Assembly (NCBI GenBank): GCA_000165345.1 | Contig: CM000436.1 | Location: 64,001-128,000, forward strand | DNA: 64,000 nucleotides | Direction: 5' to 3' | Part shown: positions 20,272 through 30,666 of the stretch, piece by piece | How positions within the stretch are numbered: position 1 is the stretch's first letter | Layout of the letters: each line of letters opens with the position of its first letter | Translations under genes and position numbers: made by a program | The notes under the pieces: generated by a model | Told to the model about the DNA's origin: nothing | Databases searched by the model: none | The model's input: only the letters and a program-made list of their open reading frames with translations

Positions 20272-21303
20272 ATGACGAAGTCTATATCTGACTCAGAAAA
20301 ACTATTCTTAGAAGACGGGGTTGACCAAGGAATTCGCAATGATGGAAGAGATTTGACCGATTTCAGGCCAATAGTTATTGCTCTGGATGTTATTTCTACT
20401 GCTAATGGATCTTCCCGTATAAGGAATGATGAACTTGATATTATTGTAGCTGTTAAGGTATGTTAATAATTGAATTAAAAACGATTTTAAACCCAATTTA
20501 AACTTATTCAGTGTGAGATAATCTCTGTTACAGGAAAGAATGAACCACAAACAGGGGGCTCTATTTTGGTTAATGTTGATTGGTAAGTTTTTTGAACAAT
20601 TTATTTTTCTTTATTATTGCTTTAATATTATTTAGTTCTAATATCATGGATAAAATATCCAATGTAGCACCATCATTCACAGAAGAGGACTATTCATTTT
20701 ATATAACAAACATTGTCAAGGATATGTGTTTTAAAAATTTTGATCTTTCAAAACTTACAATCTTAGAAAATAAACTCTATTGGAATATTTATATTGATGC
20801 AACTATCCTAAGTTTTGGAGGTAATATGGTTGATTGGGTAACTATAGCAATCCATACTGCTTTAAGAACTACAAGGTAAGCGATTACTTCTCAATTCTCT
20901 CATTTGGTATTTAAAATTTACTGAAAATTACGTCTACAGAATCCCAAAAATTCATGTTTCTCCCTCAATCTCAACAAAGGAGAATAACAAAGATGTATCA
21001 TATACTGTATCACCCTCAGTTTGCTCAGGCACACCGTTTCCTTTTCAAGATATCCCTTTCATAATTTCGGCTGGGTGCATTAGAGGTAAAGTAATATGGG
21101 ATATGAATATGCAAGAACAAATATGCTCAAAAACAATCATTGCACTCTCAATTAATTCAAAAGGAGAGTGCGTTGCAATGAACAAAGTCTACTCGAACAC
21201 TCTTGACCTAAACCTTATTCCAACTATAATTAACAAAGCAGCAGAGATTTCTTCTGAAATATCTAAATCATTAGATGAATTCTTCTCTAACAAACAAGTA
21301 TGA
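20272..21303 (+). CDS. RNA exosome RNase-PH-like subunit of the Rrp45/Rrp42/Rrp43 type. Four exons: join(20272..20457, 20512..20582, 20636..20875, 20940..21303).
   Basis: Each intron starts GTATGT/GTAAGT/GTAAGC and ends CAG/TAG/CAG. Phases are consistent (0, 2, 2). Spliced product: MTKSISDSEKLFLEDGVDQGIRNDGRDLTDFRPIVIALDVISTANGSSRIRNDELDIIVAVK | CEIISVTGKNEPQTGGSILVNVDC | SNIMDK...KLYWNIYIDATILSFGGNMVDWVTIAIHTALRTTR | IPKIHV...IPFIISAGCIRGKVIWDMNMQEQICSKTIIALSINSKGECVAMNK... This tracks human EXOSC9 (DGSA..LG.T.V...VK.E...P...GYV.NVD...KLVWVLYCD...DGN..DA...A..AAL). Two of the exons and a TTG-initiated first-exon ORF appear separately in the ORF track. Confidence 0.7.
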
Positions 21304-21440
21304 GCACACTAGTTAACTATAATTATATATTTTAATTTACATCTTTTATTTATTTTATTCGTAAATTTTCACACTTCCAAAGTTACCGCCAAAAGTGGGG
21401 CATAATTCAGGAGACGAATGACAGTACAAATAGTCAATTG

Positions 21441-21452
21441 TTGGGCGGGAAT
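21441..21452. promoter_or_regulatory. E2F-like box TTGGGCGGGAAT about 55 bp upstream of the AsnRS ATG. Nearby are TACCGCCAAAA (21384-21394) and GGAGACGAATG.
   Basis: Direct match. Confidence 0.5.
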
Positions 21453-21505
21453 GTAATATCTTTGCTTATTAAGCATTTTTACAAGCATAGAAACAGAAAA
21501 TAAAA

Positions 21506-23005
21506 ATGATTAAACCAGAAAAAAAATTTGTTACTGAATATTCAGTAACTGGAAGACTGAGGATAGCCTCCATTTTGGATGGCGAGGATGGTGGGGTCTC
21601 TTATATTGGAAAGAAGGTTACAGTTGGAGGATGGGCAAGAACAGTTAGAAAGCAATGCTCTGACACTTTGCTTTTCATATCTCTGAATGATGGTTCAACA
21701 TCAAGCAACTTACAATGTGTAGTAGAGAAGACTGTTAAAGGGTTTGAAGAGGGTTTAAAGGCGACAGCAGGATGTTCATTTAAAATAACTGGTACAATAG
21801 TAAAGTCACCAGCTCAGGGACAGTCAGTAGAGTTACTTTTGAATACAGGCGATGATGAGCTCAAAATTTGCGGATTGTGTGATGCCTCAAAATACCCACT
21901 TGCAAAAAAGCATCATTCAAAAGAATTCTTGAGGGAAGTTGCCCACTTGCGTCCAAGAAGTCAGTTCTTTAGCTCAGTTATGAGAATCAGAAATTCTCTT
22001 GCTATTGCAATTCATGAATATTTCCAAAAGAACGGTTTTATGTACATTCACACTCCAATTATTACTGCAGCAGACTGTGAAGGAGCAGGAGAAATGTTTC
22101 AAGTAACTACAGTTTTACCACCTGAATCTAAAAACAACATTTCCAACATCCCTGCATCAAAGATTGAGGGAAGCCAAGATATGGCAGTTGACTATAAAAA
22201 GGATTTCTTTGGAAAGGCTTCTTATTTGACTGTTTCTGGACAACTTGCTTTAGAGAACTTTGCATGCTCTATGTCTGATGTTTATACATTTGGACCAACT
22301 TTCAGAGCGGAAAATTCTCACACAACAAGACATCTTGCTGAATTTTGGATGATCGAGCCTGAAATGGCATTTGCTGATCTTAGTGATAACATGAAACTTG
22401 GAGAAGGACTTCTTAAATACACTGTAGAATACGTTTTAATTAACAATATGCCCGATTTATTATATCTTGACAAAAATATAGAAAATGGACTTGTAGAAAG
22501 GTTAAAGGTTATTTGCAAAGAAGAATTTGCAAGAATTTCCTATACCGAAGCAATTGAGATGCTTAAACCTCATGATAAGGAATTTACTGTTCCTGTCTCA
22601 TGGGGCATGGATTTGGGTTCAGAACATGAAAAGTATATTACAGATGTACTCGAAAAAAGACCTTGCATAATCTACAACTATCCTAAAGATATCAAGTCTT
22701 TTTATATGAAATTGAATGAAGACGGAAATACAGTTGCAGCAATGGATATCCTAGTCCCAAAAATCGGAGAGGTTATCGGTGGTTCTCAGAGAGAAGATGA
22801 CATTGAAAAATTAGAGAACGCAATAAAGAGCAGAAATATGGATCCAGCTCCCTATTGGTGGTATAATGAACTAAGAAAGTATGGTTCTGTTCCACATTCA
22901 GGGTTTGGTTTAGGATTTGAAAGACTAATCATGATGGTTACCGGCGTAGAGAATGTCCGTGACGTCATACCATTCCCTAGATACCCCAATCATTGCGAAT
23001 TCTAA
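21506..23005 (+). CDS. Asparaginyl-tRNA synthetase, class IIb (cytosolic type).
   Basis: 499 aa. N-terminal OB anticodon-binding domain. Class II motifs: FRAE..TRHLAEFWMIEPEMAF (motif 2 region), GGSQRED, and WWYNELRKYGSVPHSGFGLGFERLIMMVTGVENVRDVIPFPR (AsnRS-typical motif 3). Confidence 0.9.
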   Translation: MIKPEKKFVTEYSVTGRLRIASILDGEDGGVSYIGKKVTVGGWARTVRKQCSDTLLFISLNDGSTSSNLQCVVEKTVKGFEEGLKATAGCSFKITGTIVKSPAQGQSVELLLNTGDDELKICGLCDASKYPLAKKHHSKEFLREVAHLRPRSQFFSSVMRIRNSLAIAIHEYFQKNGFMYIHTPIITAADCEGAGEMFQVTTVLPPESKNNISNIPASKIEGSQDMAVDYKKDFFGKASYLTVSGQLALENFACSMSDVYTFGPTFRAENSHTTRHLAEFWMIEPEMAFADLSDNMKLGEGLLKYTVEYVLINNMPDLLYLDKNIENGLVERLKVICKEEFARISYTEAIEMLKPHDKEFTVPVSWGMDLGSEHEKYITDVLEKRPCIIYNYPKDIKSFYMKLNEDGNTVAAMDILVPKIGEVIGGSQREDDIEKLENAIKSRNMDPAPYWWYNELRKYGSVPHSGFGLGFERLIMMVTGVENVRDVIPFPRYPNHCEF

Positions 23006-23253
23006 TGCCTAGAATTTGTTGCGTTAATTTACATTAATTTGATTTCCTACATTGCTCAATCATTTGTCGTAGCTGCTGGTGAATAAGTGTTGTGTGCTTC
23101 GGCTTTCTTCAGTGTACTTAGTATTTTAGTATTTTCTTAGATTAATTCACATATTGTTTATTTCTCTCACATTCTTCTTTCAATTGAATTTATTGCAGCG
23201 CATTTTTATTCTTTTTCACATCCCCATCTAGGGTAGCATATAAAATTCGCACT

Positions 23254-23288
23254 GTGGCGCCAGAATTCGGGCGGCAAATATCCCGCAA
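23254..23288. promoter_or_regulatory. Cluster of E2F-like boxes GTGGCGCCAGAATTCGGGCGGCAAATATCCCGCAAA about 290 bp upstream of the V-ATPase E start codon.
   Basis: TGGCGCCA palindrome plus GGGCGGCAAA and CCCGC half boxes, read directly. Confidence 0.5.
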
Positions 23289-23569
23289 ATGCAGGTAAAT
23301 AAATTTTGGAGGCCAATTAATTAAGTAAATAGGAATAAATTATTTTTTTCTATATAAACCTCTTTTTTTAGTGATTTAACTTTCTGAGGTAAAAAAGCAT
23401 CAAAATTCTAATTTGAAAATTTTAGCGCAATTTTTTTTTATTAGTTAGAAGAATACTAATTCTTTATAGTTTAATTAGTAGCTTAAGGATCTTAGCAAAT
23501 ACTAATTAACATATAGAATATTTCTAATCAATAAGCATATTTTGGTGTTAAATCTAAAGAACTTTGAAA

Positions 23570-24335
23570 ATGGTAAGTTTTTAATGTTAATGTAACTATA
23601 TATATTAATTTTTCTTTCCTTTCTTTAATTCAGGACGATATTGAAGCACAAAAGCAAATTCAACAGATGATTAACTTCATCTTAAATGAAGCCAAGGACA
23701 AAGCTAATGAAATTGAGGCAAAGGCTTTGCAAGATTTTAATATTGAAAAGTTGAAGTTAGTTCAAAGCTATAAAGAGCAGATTCGTCAGGATCTCAAGAA
23801 GAAAGTTAAGAGATTAGAGGTTGAAAGAGCAATCGCTAGAAGTACTGCAATTAATAAGGCTAGACTTAAGAAGATGGCAGCTAGAGCACAAGTTTTAACT
23901 GAAGTAGTACAACAAACAAGAAAGAAAATGTGCGAAATTTCTACTAATCCAACTGTCTACGAGCCACTTTTGGTGGATTTACTTACTCAAGCAATGTTGA
24001 AGCTCTTGGAACCAACAGTGATTGTAAAGTGTAGAAAGTCTGATGTTTCTGTTGTAGAAAGCGCAATTCCAAAGGCTATTAAGAAATATAAGGAGATTTT
24101 ACAGAAGGAATGCGGTGTCTCAATGAATGTTGAGGCTAAGGTTGACAAGGAGAACTTCCTTTTCCCTGCTCCTACAAGTGTTGAGCAGAATTCCAAGTAC
24201 TGCTCTGGCGGAGTTATTGTCACTAATTTGGATGGTAAGATTGTTTGCAACAATACTTTGGACGCAAGACTGGACTTAGTCATTCAAAATGATGCTCCAA
24301 TCATAAGATCTACTCTTTTCCCAAAGGCTGCTTAA
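23570..24335 (+). CDS. V-type H+-ATPase subunit E. Two exons: join(23570..23572, 23634..24335). The first exon is the ATG codon alone.
   Basis: ATG|GTAAGTTTTT...TTAATTCAG|GACGATATTGAAGCACAAAAGCAAATTCAACAGATG... gives M-DDIEAQKQIQQMINFILNEAKDKANEIEAKA. This matches the V-ATPase E N-terminus ([34 protein letters not shown]). Later segments agree too: LLEPTVIVKCRKSD..., NTLDARLDLV. Without the splice, the ORF track begins at an internal Met (23667). Confidence 0.82.
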
Positions 24336-24764
24336 TTGAAGCGGAAAAAATTTCAAAAAGAAGAAAAGTATTAGCTGTATTTATTTGTATTTAAGAATTA
24401 TCCATAATTTTTAAATTTATACGTATTTTTTTTTTTAATTTACTGTGAATGCATTTACTTACGTAAATTACATAAATGCCGGTATAGGGGAAATTGTCAT
24501 AGAAATTTGCCGGTTAATTATTTTTTTCCCACACTGATTTTAGGAAAAAGCTTGAAATCAAAGTTAGAATTAAATGGAATTAAAGCAACTTTTGTTTGCG
24601 TTGTTTTTTTTCTGTCGAGTTTAAAATAAAGTGTGAATTAAGAGTAAATGTTTTCATTAGAAGCTTCTCAAGATAAGGTTTATTTATAGGAAGTTAAGTT
24701 TCAGTTAGTAAATTAGTAACGTCGTCATTTGCACACATAAGAGAAAAGTTTAAAGCTTGGAAAA

Positions 24765-27700
24765 ATGGATAAGAAATCAAAACAAAATTTAAGCTCTCAG
24801 AGAGGAGATCGCCAGTCAAGTATCCTTTCATTCTTCTCTCCAAAACCTGGGGTTAAGAAGGAAGCAAGTAATTTCTTACAAGATACATCAACTCCAGTTC
24901 CAAAGAACAAAAGTTCGAGGTTGGATGATATATTAATGAGTGAAGACAAGGATATTGAAAGGGAGCTTTTGAATTCAGAACTGAGTTTTGGTGAACAAAA
25001 GTTGGAATCTATAAATAGAGATTCATCAACGAGACTTAGAGATTTAGAAATGCTTTCAGCAGATGGGAATGCAACTACATGTGAGACTACACCATGTAAG
25101 TCAAAAAACCTAAAATCTGACAAATTTGGTGTGGAAACAACAGGAAGAAGAATTCGAAGAATTTGTGATTCAGACGAGGAACTAAATTCAGATTCGGAGG
25201 TTCTTTCACGTAGAATCAAAAGGAGATTTAATGATGATGGATTAGAAGACAACAATAATGAAAGAAGTGATTTACCAGCTTCACAGATGGATGGAGATAT
25301 CTCAAACTTTGGGTACGATATTAAGGATGATGAGGTTCTGGAGGCGGAAATGGCAGCGAAAATTGAGGAAAAGATTCCTTCAGACTTTACAGATTTGGGA
25401 AAGAGCCTGCCAAAATCCCGTAGAAAAGAGACAGAAATGAAGTTTCAAGAAGGAGGAGATTCAGTAATAAATGCAGATGAGGAGTTGGGGAAAGAACTCC
25501 TTGGTACAGCTGCAGCACAGAGTAGTTTGCTATTTAGGGATTACGTCGAAGCAATGCTTCAAATAGGTCGTAATTTCTCACTTCCATCTTGGGTTCAATT
25601 ACGAAATATTAGGGATTCCAAAGGTACTCGTCCTTTAGATCCATGTTATGACCCATCAACAATTTGGGTGCCAAGTTCAAATAGTAGAGAGGCAAAAGAG
25701 GAGAGGATGCACTTTACTCCTGCAATGGAGCAGTATTGGGAGCTTAAGAAAGAACACTTTGATAAGCTATTGTTCTTTAAAATGGGGAAATTTTACGAGT
25801 TATTTTATATAGACGCTTATATTTGTCAGAAACATTGTGACTTAAGATGGACATCTTCGGATTCTAAGCCGCATGTTGGGTTTCCTGAGACAGCTTTGCA
25901 TGCATATGCAAATAAGCTAGTGGAGTTAGGATATAGAGTGGTTGTAGTGGAGCAAATGGAGACTCCAAAGGAGTTGGAAGAGCGAAATAGGAGTGCATCA
26001 AGAGGGGTAAAGAAAGATAAAGCAATAAAGAGGAGCGTAAACGAGGTGTTTACAAATGGTACTTTGGTACGCCCTGATATGTTAAGCGATATGGCTAGCA
26101 TTTTAATGACTTTATACTTTTCAAAGAAAGATTCTGAAGATTTGACTTACGAGATTGGAGTTGTTTGTGTTGATATTACTACAGGCAAGGCAGAACTTAT
26201 AAATATTGAGGAGAAGGGAGACCAGTTTTTGCAGGTCAGGACAATTGTATGCCAGGTACAACCAAAGGAAATTGCATATTTACCTGGGAATATTCCTTTG
26301 TCTATTTTGAGATACTTGAGTTCCATTGTCCCTTCAATCCAGCTAACCAACTTTAGAGATTTTGTTGACTCAGTTTTAGCAATTAATGATATTTTGGAGA
26401 CTTTTGAAAAGCTAAATGTTCCAGTTCCAGATGTAGTAAATCGTCTTTGCAATGAGTCAAAATCTCTATGTTGTGCATTATCTGGTACTTTTCGGTACTT
26501 AACAACAATATTACTTTGCGATAGATTAATTATGACAGGAACATTTACTGAGTATGATCCATCTGTTTCTAAGCATCTGATAGTGAATGTTGGAGCAATA
26601 AAGGATTTAGAATTATTACAGTCTCAGCATGGTGATGAAAAGAACTCTCTATTTGGCTTTTTAAAACATACTATTACTCCAGGAGGAACCAGATTATTAA
26701 AAAGATGGATTACATATCCTTTAGTCAACACTGAAAGGATTAATGAACGCTTAGACTCGGTTAAGTGGTTAATGGATAACTCTGAAAAGTTATATGAATT
26801 TAGAGATGAGCTTAGAGCTATTGAAAGGTCAGCATCTTCAGCTTCAAGAGGTTCAAGAAAGAAGTACTCACAGCACCTAGATTTTGAGCGTTTGATAAAC
26901 AGGATTACTTCGGGTGTTTTGCAGAATAAGAGAGGAGCAGTTTACTTTTCGAACGTTGTTCAAAGAAGGTTTGATGAGTTTGTTAACTCAATGAATCTTT
27001 TTGACTCAGTTCTTCAATGTATTATTCGTGTTTTTGGTGATGAGAACCTAAGAAAAGATATGCCTAAGCTTTTGGCTGCTTTAACTGGAATCAAGGATGA
27101 ATCTTCTGAGGGATTCCTTGAGAATATATTTGCTACTACTGAAAGATTAAGATCTTTGGTTACTTTGGACTCAAATGGTAAGGATTGGATTCCTGTTCCT
27201 GGTAATTGCAAGGAATATGATGATCTATTAGAGTCCATAAATGAGACAAAGTTATGTTTTGATGAGGAACTCAAGAGAATAAGTAAACAAATGAATACTA
27301 CAGCAATTTCTTTTGTTAACAATAAATACAGGTACGAGGTAGAATGCCCAGAAAGCATTCCAAAGTCAAGATTCCCAGATTCTGCAGAAATTACATCATC
27401 AAAGAAAGGTTACGTGAGATTCCATACTGAAGAAATTAAACAACTTGTATACGATCTTGAATATAAGGAGGAGCAGCTACAGAAGAGTTTATTCCCTTAT
27501 TTACATCTTATGTGCAAAGAGTTTCATTCAGAATTATCATCTTTTATGGGAATTTCGGATTCAATTTCTCAGTTAGACGTATTATCTTCCTTGGCTCTAG
27601 TTTCACTGGATACTTCAGATGGCCCATTCTGCAAGCCAGTTTTTCTCTCTAAAGAAGAAACCAATGGGCTACCTATGTTAGAGCTCAAGGAGAGCAGACA

Positions 27701-28493
27701 TCCTGTTGTAGCTAAACTCAAAACTAATTATATTCCCAATGATATATTGTTGAACGGAGGTTCCTCACCAGCTCCTTGTTCTTTAGTTACTGGACCTAAT
27801 ATGGGTGGAAAATCTACAATTCTTAGACAAACATGTATTTCTGTAATAATGGCTCAGATTGGATGCTATGTACCAGCATCCGAATGTAGATTAACAGCAG
27901 TGGATAAGATTTTCACTAGAATTGGTGCTTATGATTTAATTATTGAAGGGAAAAGCACATTCTTGGTTGAGCTTGAAGAGACAGCTGATATTCTTAATCA
28001 TTCATCTGAGGATTCGCTGGTAATTATTGATGAGCTTGGAAGAGGAACTTCAACTTTTGATGGGACAGCAATTTCTATTGCTACTCTTGAATACATTTCA
28101 AGAGTAATCAAGTGCAGGTGTCTTTTTTCAACTCATCTTCACTTACTTTGCGATGAGTTTTCAAATGACACAAAAGTTCTTCCATTTCATATGGATTTAA
28201 AGCTAAATAATGAAACAAGATCAATTACTTTTCTATACAAGTTCATTTCCGGTATTTGTCCAAAATCTTATGGTATGAATGTTGCACAATTAGCAGGGAT
28301 ACCACAAGAAGTTGTTGATAATTCAGTAGCTTTAGCTAAAGATGTGGAGTCTTCTACTTTACTTTTGAGGAGCATTTCTGAGACTAAGAAGCTTTTAATG
28401 GATGTTCTAAGCCAAGATAACTTTTCTAAAATACAAGAGTTTTTCAAGAACAACAACAAATCTATTCTAAACTGTCTGGAATCATTATCCTAA
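24765..28493 (+). CDS. MSH6: DNA mismatch repair protein MSH6 (MutS homologue).
   Basis: 1242 aa. Mismatch-binding domain: TPAMEQYWELKKEHFDKLLFFKMGKFYELFYIDA. Walker A: GPNMGGKST. Then STFLVELEETADIL, DELGRGTSTFDGTAI, STHLH, and the MSH6-type C-terminus ITFLYKFISGICPKSYGMNVAQLAGIP. Confidence 0.85.
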   Translation: MDKKSKQNLSSQRGDRQSSILSFFSPKPGVKKEASNFLQDTSTPVPKNKSSRLDDILMSEDKDIERELLNSELSFGEQKLESINRDSSTRLRDLEMLSADGNATTCETTPCKSKNLKSDKFGVETTGRRIRRICDSDEELNSDSEVLSRRIKRRFNDDGLEDNNNERSDLPASQMDGDISNFGYDIKDDEVLEAEMAAKIEEKIPSDFTDLGKSLPKSRRKETEMKFQEGGDSVINADEELGKELLGTAAAQSSLLFRDYVEAMLQIGRNFSLPSWVQLRNIRDSKGTRPLDPCYDPSTIWVPSSNSREAKEERMHFTPAMEQYWELKKEHFDKLLFFKMGKFYELFYIDAYICQKHCDLRWTSSDSKPHVGFPETALHAYANKLVELGYRVVVVEQMETPKELEERNRSASRGVKKDKAIKRSVNEVFTNGTLVRPDMLSDMASILMTLYFSKKDSEDLTYEIGVVCVDITTGKAELINIEEKGDQFLQVRTIVCQVQPKEIAYLPGNIPLSILRYLSSIVPSIQLTNFRDFVDSVLAINDILETFEKLNVPVPDVVNRLCNESKSLCCALSGTFRYLTTILLCDRLIMTGTFTEYDPSVSKHLIVNVGAIKDLELLQSQHGDEKNSLFGFLKHTITPGGTRLLKRWITYPLVNTERINERLDSVKWLMDNSEKLYEFRDELRAIERSASSASRGSRKKYSQHLDFERLINRITSGVLQNKRGAVYFSNVVQRRFDEFVNSMNLFDSVLQCIIRVFGDENLRKDMPKLLAALTGIKDESSEGFLENIFATTERLRSLVTLDSNGKDWIPVPGNCKEYDDLLESINETKLCFDEELKRISKQMNTTAISFVNNKYRYEVECPESIPKSRFPDSAEITSSKKGYVRFHTEEIKQLVYDLEYKEEQLQKSLFPYLHLMCKEFHSELSSFMGISDSISQLDVLSSLALVSLDTSDGPFCKPVFLSKEETNGLPMLELKESRHPVVAKLKTNYIPNDILLNGGSSPAPCSLVTGPNMGGKSTILRQTCISVIMAQIGCYVPASECRLTAVDKIFTRIGAYDLIIEGKSTFLVELEETADILNHSSEDSLVIIDELGRGTSTFDGTAISIATLEYISRVIKCRCLFSTHLHLLCDEFSNDTKVLPFHMDLKLNNETRSITFLYKFISGICPKSYGMNVAQLAGIPQEVVDNSVALAKDVESSTLLLRSISETKKLLMDVLSQDNFSKIQEFFKNNNKSILNCLESLS

Positions 28494-28761
28494 TTAATTT
28501 CATGTATTTTTTACTTCAAAATTTACCAAAAAAAAGTCTTTTTTTCTTCTTTTCTGCCCTCAAAAGGCTTTCTAGATAAGTAATAACTTTAATTTATTTA
28601 TTACTGAGTAATTTTTATGTCATAATTTCCCCCAATTCTTTTAATCAATAATAAATCTTATTTACCATAAAAATTTCATGCTCATTTTCTTACAACCTGA
28701 TTACAACAGAAAAATTTCATCCACATGAGTTGCATGCATGCAAATTTGCAAGTCAATGCAA

Positions 28762-28773
28762 ATGGCGGGAAAT
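28762..28773. promoter_or_regulatory. E2F-like box ATGGCGGGAAAT about 270 bp upstream of the MQO-like gene. Adjacent CATCCACATGAGTTGCATGCATGCAAATTTGCAAG composite at 28718-28752.
   Basis: Direct match. Confidence 0.5.
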
Positions 28774-29040
28774 CACTTAATCAAAAAATTTTTGAGGTGA
28801 AAATTATCTTTTCAATTATTATATGTATTTTTTTTTCCTCATATATCTTTGAATATAAATAGGAGATATTGCTAAGATATATTTGAAGTTAGATAGTTGA
28901 AAGCTGGGTAATCTACAATAAGGAAAAGATGGAAAATAGTAGATAAAGGGTTTAAAAGACTACTATATTGATTTGAAGAACAAATTGAAAAAGCATTTGT
29001 AAATTATATTCCTCAGAGGTCATAGAAGGCTGGAAATAAA

Positions 29041-30621
29041 ATGTTAAATTTACAGAGAATAATGGGTAGAACCTGTCTAAGGTCATCAATAATTAATAAA
29101 AAAGTAATATCTATGAGTAATTCTTATCTATCGAGGGGGTTAGAAAGGAGAAATATCAACATAACAAAAATAAAATATAAGAAAGATTTACACCCAATAG
29201 TTGAAGAAGAAGGAGTAAGAAAGAATGCAGTAGATGTATTAGTAATTGGAGGCGGAGTAATGGGTTCTGCTTTAGTTTATTTATTATCAAAGCATACTAA
29301 TATTAAAAATATTGCTTTATTATCAGAGAATAAGGAAGCTGAGAATAATTTAATATATCATTTAAATGGTACAATAAATTCTGGTGAGACTGATTCAAGT
29401 ATGGATTTACAGCATTCATTAAAATTATTAAAGTATTCAAATATGCTAAGAAAAGTAGTACAAGGATTACCAGGAGGGGTAGGTAAAGAATGCATTGAAA
29501 AAAGGACCAAAATATTATTAGGATTAGGTGAGGAGGAGAATAATAGAATTGAGGCAAGATTTGATGAATTTAGGCATTTTTTCCCCAAGATAAGTTTAAT
29601 TGATGGTAAGGATATAAGTAAATTGGAGCCAAAAGTTGCTTATTTGGATGATTGCTCGAGTAAATTGAGAAAGGAAAAAATGAATGGAATATTATTAAAA
29701 GATGAGTATACAGTTGCTAGTTATGGTCTTTTATCAGCAATATTCAAAAAATTGGCAGATGATATATCTTTTTTTAAGAAATCAAAAATAGTAAACTATG
29801 TAAATTTGAACATTAGAAATATTAAAAGAATATCTTCTAATGGAGAGATTTATTATAAAATAGATTCTGGTGAAAAGAGTTTATATTCAAGATTTCTGGT
29901 AATAAATGATATTGGAAATACATTCGAATTAGTAAGAGAATTGGGATATTGCTCTGACTGGATAGTATTGAATATGCTTGGGAAATTCCAAACAACAATT
30001 AAAGAAGGATTAAAAGGGGTGGTAAGTAGCATGCAGAGTTTATCTTTGCCAGGGTCTACATCAGTTTATGGCTTTCCAGAAATTAATTCAAACCAAAGAA
30101 TTCATTTTTTGGTTTCTTCATATACTCTTCCAATAATATGGTTATTAAAATCCATGAATTTGAGTGATAGTATATCAATAAATGATGCTTCTCCCAATAA
30201 TTTTGACTTATTTAAGAGTATTAGAGAAAAATCATTAAGAAGCAAAATTGAAAAATTGGAGATAAAAATTCCAAAGTTGGTTAGTGAGCAAATTATACAA
30301 GGAAGTAGGAAAATTATTCCATCACTCAATTTGAGTCAACTAAAAGACAAACAACAAAATTTTGATATTTCTATCAATCAGTTATTAGATGTATCAGGAG
30401 AGAAGAATCAGGTAATACTGGATCGTTCAAAGATTCATACTGATGAGAATTTGATCTTAAATATTTCCCAGCCTAATAGTGGTACTACCTGTATAAAGAG
30501 TGCTACTGATGACATGATAACTATATGTAATAAGCTTGGGATTAACATTAATGAGAGATCCTTAAAAGCAGATATTCCTGAGTATGAAGTGCATGAGGGC
30601 AATTTTCAGGATGAAATGTAG
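29041..30621 (+). CDS. FAD-dependent oxidoreductase, most likely malate:quinone oxidoreductase (MQO), with a presequence-like basic N-terminus.
   Basis: 526 aa. Rossmann motif VDVLVIGGGVMGSALVYLLSKHTNIKNIALLE. C-terminal SQPNSGTTCIKSATDDMITIC resembles the MQO family PGGTTC region as I recall it. Family-level call only. Confidence 0.5.
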   Translation: MLNLQRIMGRTCLRSSIINKKVISMSNSYLSRGLERRNINITKIKYKKDLHPIVEEEGVRKNAVDVLVIGGGVMGSALVYLLSKHTNIKNIALLSENKEAENNLIYHLNGTINSGETDSSMDLQHSLKLLKYSNMLRKVVQGLPGGVGKECIEKRTKILLGLGEEENNRIEARFDEFRHFFPKISLIDGKDISKLEPKVAYLDDCSSKLRKEKMNGILLKDEYTVASYGLLSAIFKKLADDISFFKKSKIVNYVNLNIRNIKRISSNGEIYYKIDSGEKSLYSRFLVINDIGNTFELVRELGYCSDWIVLNMLGKFQTTIKEGLKGVVSSMQSLSLPGSTSVYGFPEINSNQRIHFLVSSYTLPIIWLLKSMNLSDSISINDASPNNFDLFKSIREKSLRSKIEKLEIKIPKLVSEQIIQGSRKIIPSLNLSQLKDKQQNFDISINQLLDVSGEKNQVILDRSKIHTDENLILNISQPNSGTTCIKSATDDMITICNKLGININERSLKADIPEYEVHEGNFQDEM

Positions 30622-30666
30622 CAAATCAGAGTGATTTATTACCAAGTCTAGCTATGTTTTTTTTAC

